Positions 12,998 to 24,870 of a stretch of 64,000 nucleotides of DNA are shown here, in pieces. A program made the translations under genes and the position numbers. Each line of letters starts with the position of its first letter. The first letter of the stretch is position 1. The notes under the pieces are model-generated. The model worked only from the letters and a program-made list of their open reading frames with translations, ran no database searches and was not told the DNA's origin. The DNA comes from Eledone cirrhosa (lineage: Eukaryota): the NCBI GenBank assembly GCA_964016885.1, contig OZ024741.1:192262001-192326000 (forward strand), in the 5' to 3' direction.

Positions 12998-13226
12998 GGT
13001 AAACGTTTATGGAACATCAAGCTTCCTGCCAGTGTAATGACCATGGAACTGTTGGATTACACAGTGAAAGGAGTTTCAGCAGTTTTGGTTGCACTAAGTA
13101 ACTGTACAGTCCATATGTACCAGGATAGATATCTTATTGATGTCATAGAAACACCAGATGTTGTGAATGCTATGAAGTTTGGTCGTTTTGGAAGAGAAGA
13201 AGGGAACCTTATTCTCACCACAAGAA
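12998..13226 (+). CDS. BBS1: BBS1 internal coding exon (229 nt)
   Basis: tttcag| acceptor and |gtaagt donor. Translates GKRLWNIKLPASVMTMELLDYTVKGVSAVLVALSNCTVHMYQDRYLIDVIETPDVVNAMKFGRFGREEGNLILTTR, matching recalled human BBS1 GKKLWTVQMPAAILTM...FGRYGREDNTLIMTTR. Confidence 0.95.
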
Positions 13227-13538
13227 GTAAGTTTAAGTGAGATTTTGGGTTATGGTTGGAGATGTTTTATGTTATTTTTTTATTACTTTATATCATAATG
13301 TTTTGTTTTGGTTTGATTTATGTTTTTTCAAATATGAGGCCCGGTGGCTGTAAAGTTAAGGTGGCAGACCTCATGTTTATGAGGTTAGATTTTACTGCTG
13401 CAATTATATTCTATTTTTGCTTAACATCATCCAGTTTTTTACAAATATAAGACGTGCTCCATCATCCACTTTTCTCTGAAAACATTTTTTCCGATTCCGC
13501 CCTGCCTGTCCCTTCAATCTTTCTAATTTCTCATTCTT

Positions 13539-13574
13539 TCTTCTGATGAAGGACTAGCATCCAAAACGTTAAGA
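13539..13574 (+). ncRNA. Degenerate minimal hammerhead motif
   Basis: tctt-CTGATGA-a-gga ctagca tcc-AAAACGTT-aaga. Penelope-type layout with an AACGTT palindrome in place of stem III; G12 is replaced by A. Confidence 0.6.
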
Positions 13575-13654
13575 CCCTCTTCCTGCTATTTCAAGCGTTA
13601 ACCTAATATATTCCTTCCATATACTGTACCGATTGTGTTGTTATTTCTGTTTAC

Positions 13655-13756
<102 letters not shown>

Positions 13757-13759
13757 AAA

Positions 13760-15530
13760 TCATCATTGTTTAACATCTATCTTCCATGCTAGCATGGGTT
13801 GGACAGGTTTGTCCCACTTGAGGCAAGATTGGTCGGGTGACCATGTCTCGCTTGTACAGAACTGTTTCTGGCAGGTTTTCTATGGCTGGATGCCCTTCCT
13901 AACACCAACCACATTTACAGTGTGGACTGGGGGCCTTTTTACCGTGTCTCCTACATGACCACTTTACAGTGTGGATGGGTGCTTTTTGTTGTGTTCCCTA
14001 CATGACCACTTTACAGTGGACGGAAGTGGGGGGATGGAGTAGGGCGTGTGTGTTGTATATTGGGTTAAGAAGTGCCTACTGACTGTAGGTTTTAGTTCAT
14101 ATGTAAGGGAAGGCGGGTTTTCTGTATAAATGCATAGCCTCAAAGATCTCGATTCAGGGTCTTAGAGAGGTGTAAGTGAGCAAGGTCAGTTTTTATCACC
14201 TTGTCCCAGGTTTTTCTCGGTTTACGTTCTCCGTAGCTTCCATCAATTTTGATCGCTCTGCACTTTTTTATACAGCTATTGTTCTTCACATCACATGTCT
14301 ATTCAACGCAATCTCCTCTCCTACACACAACATTTGAAACCTCTTATGCTTAGTCTCTCTCTCTCAATTTATCTTATGGTTAGTTTTGCTCTCATTTATG
14401 CTTTGCTGTTTGCGTACGTTACTATTACACATCCATCGGAACATGCAAGATTCGTTTCTTTCTAATCTACGCAAGTCTTCTGCACATAACACTCATGTCT
14501 CACTGCCATGTAACATTGCCATTCGTATACAAGCATCATACAATCTGACTTTCATTTTTAGAGAAAACCCTTTGTGGCCAATAGTGGTATTAGCTCTCTG
14601 AACTTTTTCCATCCCGTTCTAACTCTGGACACTGTACTTTCAGAACACCCTCCTCCACTCTTTTGTCTTTGTAACAGTTGACGATACTGCTACTTTGCCA
14701 GTCATTTGGTATGACCCCATTCTGTATTATTTGGTTTACTATCCTGGTGACCATAGCATGTCCCACCATTCCAGATGCCTTCAACATTTCAGCAACTATC
14801 TCCGAAAGCCCAGCTGCCTTGCCTGTCTTCATATCTTTGATTGTCATACTTACTATACTACCATCAACTTGGACAGCTGGTCCTTCTGTTGGCTCAATTT
14901 GGGGCAGATTATCTTTATCCTATTCATTCTCCTCATTTAGTAGTCTCTCGTAGTGACACTCCCAAGCTACCCTCTTATCAGTATCAGTGAGGGCAAGTAT
15001 ACCATCATCATTACGGATATTGTTCTCTACTACCCTCATTCTGCCATTCTTTCCAAGCCAGCTTTTTGCCCTTGATGGACTCCTACACCTTACTGTTCCA
15101 CCACCAAGTTATTCTCCTCCTACCTAAAGGTCTGCTCCAACCACAGATTTCATCAGTCACCTTCAGCAGGTTATCTTTCAGGAATTCCCTCTGTATTGTA
15201 TGTCTCTAATTGCTCTTCCTTACTGTCAAAAGCATCAATTAATCATCATCATCATTTTATGCCCGATTGTCCCTGGGTGGGAAGGGTCCTATTCTTTTTA
15301 ATTTGTTATTGGCTGTGGGGTTCTTCAACTTGCATAATCTTCTCCTCAAGGTATTCCTCTGTCATCAAGTACGTCTAGCCCTGACTATGAGGTTACTAAC
15401 TATTCGGTTATGTTTGGAGAGGCATTCTTCACGAGGGAGGGACTTAGTGTTTATAAGAGACACTCTGTCTCGTTTTCTGGTATGGATAAAATCTATCTGG
15501 CTGGTGTGCTTCCCTGATCTGTAGGTGATC
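13760..15530 (-). mobile_element. Internally deleted RTE LINE
   Basis: Minus-strand APE end (TYRSGKHTSQIDFI...H..IV), RT start (KTGKAAG.SEIVAEMLKA...IPNDW), C-terminal relic and 3' UTR shared with the copy at 38855-40100. Confidence 0.8.
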
Positions 15531-16496
15531 AAGTGATTGTCACATTTTTTTGAAGTATGTGTTACAGATATATACATGTATATATATATATAGAGAGAAA
15601 AGGTGAAATTGGAAATAGCACGGGAAATATATTTAAGGATCTGTTTTTCTTTTTTTTTCTTTCTTTGATTCGTCAAAGTGACATTATTGAAAAAATGAGA
15701 GGGACAATTCTTTTAAAAAATAATTTTATAATGTATATAAAATATATAAAGTATAACCAGTTTCGATGTATTAGTAAAATTCATCTTATCAAATGTTGAG
15801 TATTACAATTAAAAATAAAAAGAATTAATAAAAATTAAAAACTAAAAATTAAAGATTTAAAATTAAGTGTTGAGGCAAGTTTTTTTTTCATCTTCCTTGT
15901 TGAGAAGGAGACTGGAAAAATGGAATCTTGTGTATATAGAGAGAGGTGTAGTCACAGTAGTAGCAGAAGCAGCAGTGGTGGTAGTGTGTTTTTCACACAG
16001 AACAAAATTGTTTTTAGGGAGAGGGAGATTTTCTGTAAATATGTGTGTGTATCTCAATTGTGTTAATGGACTGATCAAGAGTTCAGATGGGGGTGGTGAA
16101 GAGGGGAAATGTAAGCTAGAGACAAATTCTATGGCTGAGGGAGGTAAATAGGAGTGGCAAAAGTAGGGTTGTAAAAGAAATTCTATTTTTGGAATATGGT
16201 TTTAGAGAGTATGTATGAGAGTGTATATATAAAAATACACGTGTGTGTGTGTGTGCTTCAGCCTGTCTGTCACAGGTCCCTTTGTGGTGGGAAATAAAAA
16301 AAAACACAGAGCAAAGTGTGAGTAGTGGCTTTCAATCAGGAAACATTTTGAAAATATGTGTATGAGCAATTTCTTTCTTATTTTGTGGCAAAACAGATCC
16401 TTAAATATACAGATCTTTAAATATATTTTCTGTGCTATTTCCAATTTCACCTTTTCTCTATAACCACTGTTTTGTATAGAATCTTACTTTCATTTT

Positions 16497-16529
<33 letters not shown>

Positions 16530-16532
<3 letters not shown>

Positions 16533-17018
16533 GAAGTTCTATTTAAATTGTTGGGATACAACAAGCAAATATTTTTATAACTGATATAAAGCACTCAACA
16601 AATTATTGGAGTAAAAATACGATATATTAACAAATGGAAACTATATTTATAAAACCATATTTATTTCTTTATACATATTTCAAGGACGCCAAGTTAAATT
16701 ATGGTGTGCTTTCATCAGATAAAATATAATATAGAGCAGTTTTATAAATAAATATTGACATACCCTTAAAGAATGCGACCATTTCTGTTGGAAGCTCCTG
16801 GATAGTCTATCCGGATAGACTATCCCGGATAGACTATCCGGGAGCTTCCAACAGAAATGGTCGCATTCTTTAAGGGTATGTCAATATTTATTTATAAAAC
16901 TGCTCTATATTATATTTTATCTGATGAAAGCACACCATAATTTAACTTGGCGTCCTTGAAATATGTATAATGAAATAAATATGGTTTTATAAATATAGTT
17001 TCCATTTGTTAATATATC

Positions 17019-17022
<4 letters not shown>
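16530..17022. mobile_element. Fold-back mini-element (about 198-bp arms) carrying hammerheads, inserted in (TA)n
   Basis: 16617-16814 is the reverse complement of 16825-17022 with two mismatches that I could find; the centre is CCGG with a 14-nt duplication (ccggatagactatc). Confidence 0.9.
16913..16977 (+). ncRNA. Minimal type I hammerhead ribozyme, intact core (mirror copy at 16662-16726, -)
   Basis: tattttat-CTGATGA-aagcacacca(taatttaact)tggcgtcctt-GAAA-tatgta-TA-atgaaata. 8-bp stem I, 8 of 10 pairs in stem II, AUA cleavage triplet. Confidence 0.75.
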
Positions 17023-17062
<40 letters not shown>

Positions 17063-17888
17063 GTATGTATGTGTGTGAATAGAGAGAGAGAGAGAGAGTG
17101 TGTGTATGTGGTAATGAAATGCTGGTCTTGGCTTGACTGAGAGATCAGTGGCTTTGCTTAAGTATGGGCATGATCTGTGATGACTTGTCCAACCTTTGCT
17201 ACCATGGAAAATCAATGTTAAATGAAGATGATAATTATATATATATATAAAATAAATAATTCAATTATATATATCAAATTAAAAAGGTAATATAAAAAGA
17301 AAATCATTCATATCTTTGAAATGAAAGCCAATTAACTTTTTATTCCTGTAGGAAATGAAATAATTTTAAGAAAATTTAGAGATTAAGAAAATTAAATTAG
17401 AAGCAAATACTTCTGCAAGATTTAGGTTAAATTCTTGAATAAAACTGATTTTCTTGAAATTCTTATAAATAAGAGATGTTACAGCCTTTTAAGATTAGCA
17501 TGGTATAACTGAAGTATTTATCTATGGTTATGTCTAGCTGATATTTGATCCATCCTCCTCCAAGTTGTATCTGGTTGCAGGTTGAAACCAATACTAGAAG
17601 ATAATGGAGCAATTGTTAATTATAAAGTAGTGGGTATTAATTATTGAGCCCCTATTTCTTTGGTAATCCAGTCTACAATTGTAATAACATGTTAACATGT
17701 CATGAAATGGTAACCAAATCTCCCTCATATCCTACCCTTATGTCTGAGAATAGGACACATTGGGTAATGTTGTTATGTGGTTCATTGTGTTTGGGGAAAA
17801 CATGGGATGGTTATGGCTGGAATGATTGTTGTCAAAACTAACATAGGATTAAACAACATCAGTAATAATCAGTTGCTAAATGCCTTAA

Positions 17889-18105
17889 CCCTTTAGCATT
17901 TAAACTGGCCATATCCAGCAAGACTTCTCTCACCTCTTTCTGTTCAAACTGGCCGTAACTGGCCACTCATACTGGTGTTAAGGTATTGTTCTCAAAATAA
18001 ATAATATCAAAATCTCATAGATTCGATATTATGTGAGATATGTGGGATAACGCCTTTACTGCGAAAATACAATAGTAAATATAGAGAAATGTAAATGCTA
18101 AAGGA
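17889..18105. mobile_element. piggyBac-like MITE
   Basis: TTAA|CCCTTTAGCATTTA ... TAAATGCTAAAGGA|TTAA terminal inverted repeats with TTAA duplication. Confidence 0.8.
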
Positions 18106-18135
18106 TTAAAAGGAGAATAGATTTTAGGTCTGTTG

Positions 18136-18418
18136 AATTAAGGCTGACTTCAGGCTACCCAATTGTTCAATTATAGCTGACCCAGTTGTTAAATTTAAGC
18201 TTAGCTGGGGCTACCAAGTTATTCAATTAAGGGTGACTTCAGGCTACCCAATTGTTGAATTAAGAGTGACTTCAGGCTACCCAATTGTTGAATTAAAGGT
18301 GACTTTAGGCTACCCAATTATTTAATTAAAGCTGACCTGGAGCTATCCAGTTGTTCAATTAAAGGTGGCTTGAAACTAACAAATTGTTCAGTTAAAGGTG
18401 ACTTCTGGTTACCCAATA
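18136..18418. repeat. 33-bp minisatellite, about 9 diverged units
   Basis: Consensus approximately AATTAAGGGTGACTTCAGGCTACCCAATTGTTG. Confidence 0.85.
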
Positions 18419-19581
18419 TAGACTTCAGTTTTTTGTGTTTCATTACATTGTATTGTTTGGGGAAATCTACTGTACACCTGTTCAAACAGGGTTTTGATTC
18501 CTAGTATTAACTATTTCATTTCACTTATCTTTCTAATACTATTTACTTGCTTCACATTCCCCCACTTGCAATATAGTTTTCTGAGGTTAAAAACACAGAA
18601 AATACAAAAGCACACTCCTATTTACCTTACAAAACCCTAATTGCAGGGAAAGGATTGTAGCAGTGAATTAGTAGGGTTGTAACAAAATGTGTTTTGGTAT
18701 TGTTTTACTATGTTCTAAGTTTAATTTCTGCCAATAGCAACTTCACCTTTCATCCTTTTAGTGGTCAATAAGGTAAAACGTCAGTCTAGAGTGGTGGATT
18801 GATGGTCAGTAAACTAAAACATTAGTATGGCATGGTGGATTGGAGGACCAGTAAACTAAAACATTAGCATAGAGTGGTGGATTGGCAGAATTGTTAGAGT
18901 ACTGAACAAGATGCCTTGCAATTTTTGTTCTGGCTTTTTGCATTCTGAGTACCTGGGTGGTAGACTTAATCTGTTGCTGGTTTAACATTATTATCGGGTC
19001 CTTAAAGGGTCAATAAAATAAAGTATCAGTAATGTACTGGGTAATTGCTGGCCTTGTGCCTAAAGTAGAAACAATTATCGGGTTCTTGGGTGCTTTTCAT
19101 AAAGTTCCCCCTATTTGCAAGTATTCAGTTCATGTTTTCAGCTGAAGGATAGCTTCCTTTCTTTCTCAGAGACCTTGAAAATAAAGGGTCATGGGCATTG
19201 CCCCCTCTCTTCTTCAATCAGTAGTAAAAATTCAATCCAATCTTCAGTGAAATAATAGTGCTAATAGAATAATGATTTATAATTTAAGCACAAAGCCTGC
19301 AGTTGGTTGGCATGGGAAAATCAATTTTACTGATTTCATTTTTTTACAGATATTTTATTTTATCAATCCCAAAGGGATGAGCGGCAAAGTTAACTGCAGT
19401 GGGATTTGAACTGGGAATGTAGTGCTGGAACAAATACTGCTAAGCATTTGTTTGGTGCTCTAATGGTTTCAGTTCATTGCCTTATAGTGGTATTAAAAAT
19501 AATAGTGTATTAAGATATTATGATCCTTTCATCCTCCTTCAGAAGTATGTGGTCAAAAGCCATTCTTTTGTTTTCTTTATA

Positions 19582-19974
19582 CGAGGGCAATCTCAAAAGT
19601 AAGGTCTCCTTCCGATATTGCAACTTTTCCATTAAAATCCTGAGGATGGTGCTTCGGGAAACCTCAGGAACCAAAATGCAGAGAGCATCCAGAGTGATCC
19701 GCCGATCTTTACACATGTTTTCCTCGGAAGGAGACCTTACTTTTGGGATTGTCCTCTATATAATAACTGCGCGAAATTCACACTTGGCAGTAGCGTTCAA
19801 CGGGAGCTCCATTCTCAACGGCTGCCAAGCCAAGATTGAGCATCCCAGCGAAGTGCGCGCATGCTTGTTTGGGAGTGAAGGAAGCACCAATCACAACAGT
19901 GTTGCCAACAGCCGTACGAACAGTTTCTCTGCGTCCCCATCGCTTTGGAGACCTTACTTTTGGGATTACCCTCG
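19582..19974 (-). mobile_element. Internally deleted mariner with three TIR copies
   Basis: TA|CGAGGGCAATCTCAAAAGTAAGGTCTCC at the left and its complement at about 19728-19757 and 19947-19974|TA. Minus-strand transposase scraps MELPLNATAKCEFRAVI and DRRITLDALC..VSRSTILRIL.EKLQYRK. Confidence 0.85.
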
Positions 19975-20886
19975 TATTTTGCAGAAATAGACACAATTCA
20001 GGAAGAATGGATATTAAAATCAAATCAGTTTGTTTTCTCCTCACCTCCACTAATATTTCATATTTTACCGAAGATATCTCTGAGAAGATCCACTTTATTG
20101 TACCAATAGACTTACTTCTGAAACTTGATGTTGTTGTTCTTGTTGCTATATAACCCCAGATTAACTCTGACTTCCTTTTAATATTCATTCTAAATTGTAT
20201 CTACTTCTGCAAAAAACAAAAAGGAAAAAACAATGGTAAAATAGTTTGTCACTGTATGATTCTCAAGAGGCTGAAAGGATCTTGATGTTTTAACACACTA
20301 GCGTTAGAGTTTTCATTTCACTGAAAAGTGGATGGTTCGATTAACTGTGCAACAATCTTTTTTTTTTTACACTTAGTGAAGAAGAGAAAGGCAGTGTCCA
20401 TGACCATTTATTTGGCACGCAGGTAGTTGATCAAATGATGAAGTAGCACCCACAAAACCAACTTCCCAGTTATACCATGTCTCTGCTTAACCATAATGCC
20501 CACTCTGATATACAGTAATGATTCATATGGAGTGTAGTGTGACAGTCTAGAATTATTGCTGGGTTTGTAATCACTATCCAATTATAGCCTATACTTGGTA
20601 ACATCCAGAACCTAACAGGTAGCAATGATCAATGTCAGCAAATGGTAATCCATAAAAGTTATTTATGAAAATAAAATTAGTGTGTTGATATGTTGTAAGG
20701 AGTGAAAATGTAATATTTTGGACAATTTGCCATTCTTTGATGTGAAAAAAGGTCTACTGTAACATGCATTTGTTTTTTTTCTCTCTCTTCCCTCAAAAAA
20801 GACAATTGTCAAAAAAAAAATTAACATTGCTTTCTTTTTATTCCTCTTTCATCTATAGACATTTGTGAATCTCTATATTTGTTTAG

Positions 20887-21045
20887 GTGGTGGTTTAATA
20901 GTGAAGATATTGAGAAGACATGCTGATTTAGATATCAAAGATATCGCATGTGGGTCCCCAGCGGCACAGAATGTGAAATTAAATATACCAAAGAAAACTA
21001 AGCTTTTTGTTAATCAATCAATAAGAGAAAGGGAAAATCCTATTG
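20887..21045 (+). CDS. BBS1: BBS1 internal coding exon (159 nt)
   Basis: gtttag| acceptor and |gtgagt donor; phase 1 joins the previous exon (A+GT=Ser). Translates GGLIVKILRRHADLDIKDIACGSPAAQNVKLNIPKKTKLFVNQSIRERENPI (cf. BBS1 GGLIIKILKR...[20 protein letters not shown]). Confidence 0.95.
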
Positions 21046-21055
21046 GTGAGTTGTT

Positions 21056-22900
21056 ATTGTTGATGTAGGTGGTCTTGTTGTGGTAGGCGGACTTGTTGTG
21101 GTAGGTGGGCTTGTTGATGTAGGTGGTCTTGTTGTGGTAGGTGGGCTTGTTGTGGTAGGTGGGCTTGTTGTGGTAGGTGGGCTTGTTGTGGTAGGTGGGC
21201 TTGTTGATGTAGGTGGTCTTGTTGTGGTAGGTGGGCTTGTTGTGGTAGGTGGGCTTGTTGATGTAGGTGGGCTTGTTGTGGTAGGTGGGCTTGTTGTGGT
21301 AGGTGGGCTTGTTGATGTAGGTGGTCTTGTTGTGGTAGGTGGGCTTGTTGATGTAGGTGGTCTTGTTGTGGTAGGTGGGCTTGTTGTGGTAGGTGGGCTT
21401 GTTGTGGTAGGTGGGCTTGTTGATGTAGGTGGTCTTGTTGTGGTAGGTGGGCTTGTTGATGTAGGTGGTCTTGTTGTGGTAGGTGGGCTTGTTGTGGTAG
21501 GTGGTCTTGTTGTAGGTGGGCTTGTTGTGGTAGGTGGGCTTGTTGTGGTAGGTGGGCTTGTTGATGTAGGTGGTCTTGTTGTGGTAGGTGGGCTTGTTGA
21601 TGTAGGTGGGCTTGTTGTGGTAGGTGGGCTTGTTGTGGTAGGTGGGCTTGTTGATGTAGGTGGTCTTGTTGTGGTAGGTGGGCTTGTTGTGGTAGGTGGG
21701 CTTGTTGATGTAGGTGGTCTTGTTGTGGTAGGTGGGCTTGTTGTGGTAGGTGGGCTTGTTGATGTAGGTGGGCTTGTTGTGGTAGGTGGTCTTGTTGTGG
21801 TAGGTGGTCTTGTTGTGGTAGGTGGGCTTGTTGATGTAGGTGGTCTTGTTGTGGTAGGTGGGCTTGTTGTGGTAGGTGGTCTTGTTGGGGTAGGTGGGCT
21901 TGTTGATGTAGGTGGGCTTGTTGTGGTAGGTGGGCTTGTTGTGGTAGGTGGGCTTGTTGATGTAGGTGGGCTTGTTGTGGTAGGTGGTCTTGTTGTGGTA
22001 GGTGGTCTTGTTGTGGTAGGTGGGCTTGTTGATGTAGGTGGGCTTGTTGTGGTAGGTGGGCTTGTTGGGGTAGGTGGGCTTGTTGATGTAGGTGGTCTTG
22101 TTGTGGTAGGTGGGCTTGTTGTGGTAGGTGGGCTTGTTGTGGTAGGTGGTCTTGTTGTGGTAGGTGGGCTTGTTGATGTAGGTGGTCTTGTTGTGGTAGG
22201 TGGGCTTGTTGTGGTAGGTGGGCTTGTTGTGGTAGGTGGGCTTGTTGTGGTAGGTGGGCTTGTTGTGGTAGGTGGGCTTGTTGTGGTTGGTGGGCTTGTT
22301 GTGGTAGGTGGGCTTGTTGTGGTAGGTGGGCTTGTTGTGGTAGGTGGTCTTGTTGGGGTAGGTGGGCTTGTTGATGTAGGTGGGCTTGTTGTGGTAGGTG
22401 GGCTTGTTGGGGTAGGTGGGCTTGTTGATGTAGGTGGTCTTGTTGTGGTAGGTGGGCTTGTTGTGGTAGGTGGGCTTGTGGTAGGTGGGCTTGTTGATGT
22501 AGGTGGTCTTGTTGTGGTAGGTGGGCTTGTTGATGTAGGTGGGCTTGTTGTGGTAGGTGGGCTTGTGGTAGGTGGGCTTGTTGATGTAGGTGGTCTTGTT
22601 GTGGTAGGTGGGCTTGTTGATGTAGGTGGGCTTGTTGTGGTTGGTGGGCTTGTGGTAGGTGGGCTTGTTGATGTAGGTGGTCTTGTTGTGGTAGGTGGGC
22701 TTGTTGATGTAGGTGGTCTTGTTGTGGTAGGTGGGCTTGTTGATGTAGGTGGGCTTGTTGATGTAGGTGGTCTTGTGGTAGGTGGGCTTGTTGTGGTAGG
22801 TGGTCTTGTTGTGGTAGGTGGGCTTGTTGTGGTAGGTGGGCTTGTTGTGGTAGGTGGGCTTGTTGTGGTAGGTGGGCTTGTTGTGGTAGGTGGGCTTGTT
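21056..22900. repeat. 18-bp G/T-rich minisatellite, about 100 units, at the start of a BBS1 intron
   Basis: Unit GTTGTGGTAGGTGGGCTT with variants GTG>GAT/GGG and GGG>GGT plus occasional 15-bp units; produces the (QQAHLP)n and (VVVGGL)n ORFs. Confidence 0.98.
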
Positions 22901-23247
22901 GAAGTTGTAGATGGTTGTGGAATGTGGTGGCTGTTGTTGTTGGTGTGATTGTTGGTATATACATTTTTGTTGTTATAGAGATTGTTGTGGTGTTGGTGTT
23001 GGTGGTGTTGGTTGTCATTATAAAGGTATATTACCTGTTAGTTTTGTTGTAGTGGTGATTTTTGCTGTAGCGGTAATTGTTGTTGTTAGTGGTGTTGTTG
23101 GTGGAGAGTGATTGCTGTTATAGTGATGATTGTTATGGTGCTGGTTGTTGTTGTTAGTGGTGGTTGTTGTTGTAGTTGCGGTGGTGGTTGTTTTTGTTGC
23201 TGTTGTGATTCAATAAGTATCATCATTTATTATGTTTCCATTAACAG

Positions 23248-23381
23248 CAATGTTTCGTACATTCCAACGAGACTTGAGACTTTTCCGTCTGAACACAGCT
23301 CGACAATTCCTATATGTCTTGGATAATAACAACACGCCTATCTCCTGCGATCCAAATGATCCATTGAAGATATCTGCCCAG
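23248..23381 (+). CDS. BBS1: BBS1 internal coding exon (134 nt)
   Basis: aacag| acceptor and |gtaaga donor, frame-compatible. Translates AMFRTFQRDLRLFRLNTARQFLYVLDNNNTPISCDPNDPLKISAQ (cf. AMHRAFQTDLYLLRLRAAR...EPLKLHAV). Confidence 0.95.
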
Positions 23382-24472
23382 GTAAGACACTGCTTGTTTT
23401 GTCTTTCTTCTTGATTCTTTCATTTACATTCATCAAGAATTTAACCCTTTTATGACCACCCTCATGCACTCAGTACACTCTGTAATATTATACTGTTTGG
23501 TACATCCTGTAATGTGGTTGCTGTTAGGAAAGACATCCAGCCATAGAAAATATGCTGAATTTGGAACTCATCTAGTCATGGACTGTGGTAACTTGTTCAA
23601 CTTATAAAAACATAGAAAGTAAATGTCAAATGATGATGAGGATTATCATCATCATCATTGTTTAGTGTCTATTTTCTAAGCTTATATGGGTTAGATGGGT
23701 TGTCACGTTATGAGACAAGTCAGGTCAGCCTGCTATGTCTTGCTCATATGGAACTGTTTCTGGCTTGATTTCTATGGCTGGATGCCCTTCCTAACACCAA
23801 CCATATTATAGTGTGGACTGGCTGCTTTTTGGCTTGGCACCAAAATGACCATCTGACAGGGTGGACTGGGTACTTTTTTATCATGTCACCAGAACGACCA
23901 ACTTACAAGGTGGACTGGGTGTTTTTTGCTGTGTCACCAGCACGACCACCTTTCAGGATAGATTGAGTGCTTTTTGTTGTATCATCAGCACAACCACCTC
24001 ATATGATAGCCTAAGTGCTTTTTGTCATGGTGGCTGGACTATAGGAGAGCAGGTGTTGAGCGTATCCATCTTTCTATGCTTGCATGCATTAGTTGGTGTA
24101 TCATAGGTGTGTGGATGGCAGGGGTTGGGAGAGTGGAGTGAAAGAGTATGCAGGAACACGATAAGGAAAGTGTGTGAGTGAGGTTTAAGGTAGGATATGT
24201 AGCTGGTGAGGGGTATGAGTATTAAGATGGAGGAGGGTGCATGGGTGGGGGTGGAGAGAGGAGATTGGTGCAAACTTATGTCCTCTTGATATTTGCTTCA
24301 TCCTGTGCACATGGGAAGGCAGGTGGGTCTTCTGCAGTACAGCATATTGTTCAGGTCTCAATCCTGTGTCACCACCTTTGAGATGATTAATTGTGCAACA
24401 TCAGCTTTCATCATTTTCATCCTAAGCTTATTTATATTGTATTAAAAAATCAGCCCTATCTTTTTTCTATTA

Positions 24473-24643
24473 GTGGATTGGCAGTATCGGTAGAGGGTCG
24501 GACGCCATGCTTACGTCCCTTTACGATCTGAGTTCAAATCCCGCTGAGGTTGACTTTGCCTTTCATCCTTATGGGGTCGATAAAATAAAGTACCAGTAAT
24601 GAACTGGGTAATTGCTGGCCTTGTGCCTAAAGTAGAAACAATT
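24473..24643 (+). mobile_element. tRNA-headed SINE with Meta/MESC-like core
   Basis: GGATTGGCAGTATCGGTAGAG...GAGTTCAAATCCC...GCCTTTCATCCTT..GGGGTCGATAAAATAAAGTACCAG...GAAACAATT. Family name assigned from memory of the core motif. Confidence 0.8.
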
Positions 24644-24735
24644 ATGACAGAGCCCATAGATCTTCCCAATTGTCTCTTGAATTAAGTAAAATGTGTCTAT
24701 TTATTTTCTATTTAAAATTGTTTTTCTCCATTTAG

Positions 24736-24870
24736 GTTCAAGGAATTGGTCCTGTATTTAAACTGAATATAACTTTACAGAATACTTCATTAACAAACCC
24801 GTCTACCAATCTCTGCCTTACTTTTGATTTTAACCCTAGACTTTATTCCTTAAGGAAGTCTCGCATACCT
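24736..24870 (+). CDS. BBS1: BBS1 internal coding exon (135 nt)
   Basis: tttag| acceptor and |gtaagt donor. Translates VQGIGPVFKLNITLQNTSLTNPSTNLCLTFDFNPRLYSLRKSRIP (cf. VQGLGPTFKLTLHLQNTS). Not in the ORF track. Confidence 0.95.

Noticed and set aside
21080-22948. 622-aa (VVVGGL)n sense ORF as a gene
   Set aside because: It lies wholly in a minisatellite inside a BBS1 intron, starts at a non-ATG codon, and is open only because the 18-bp unit lacks stops.
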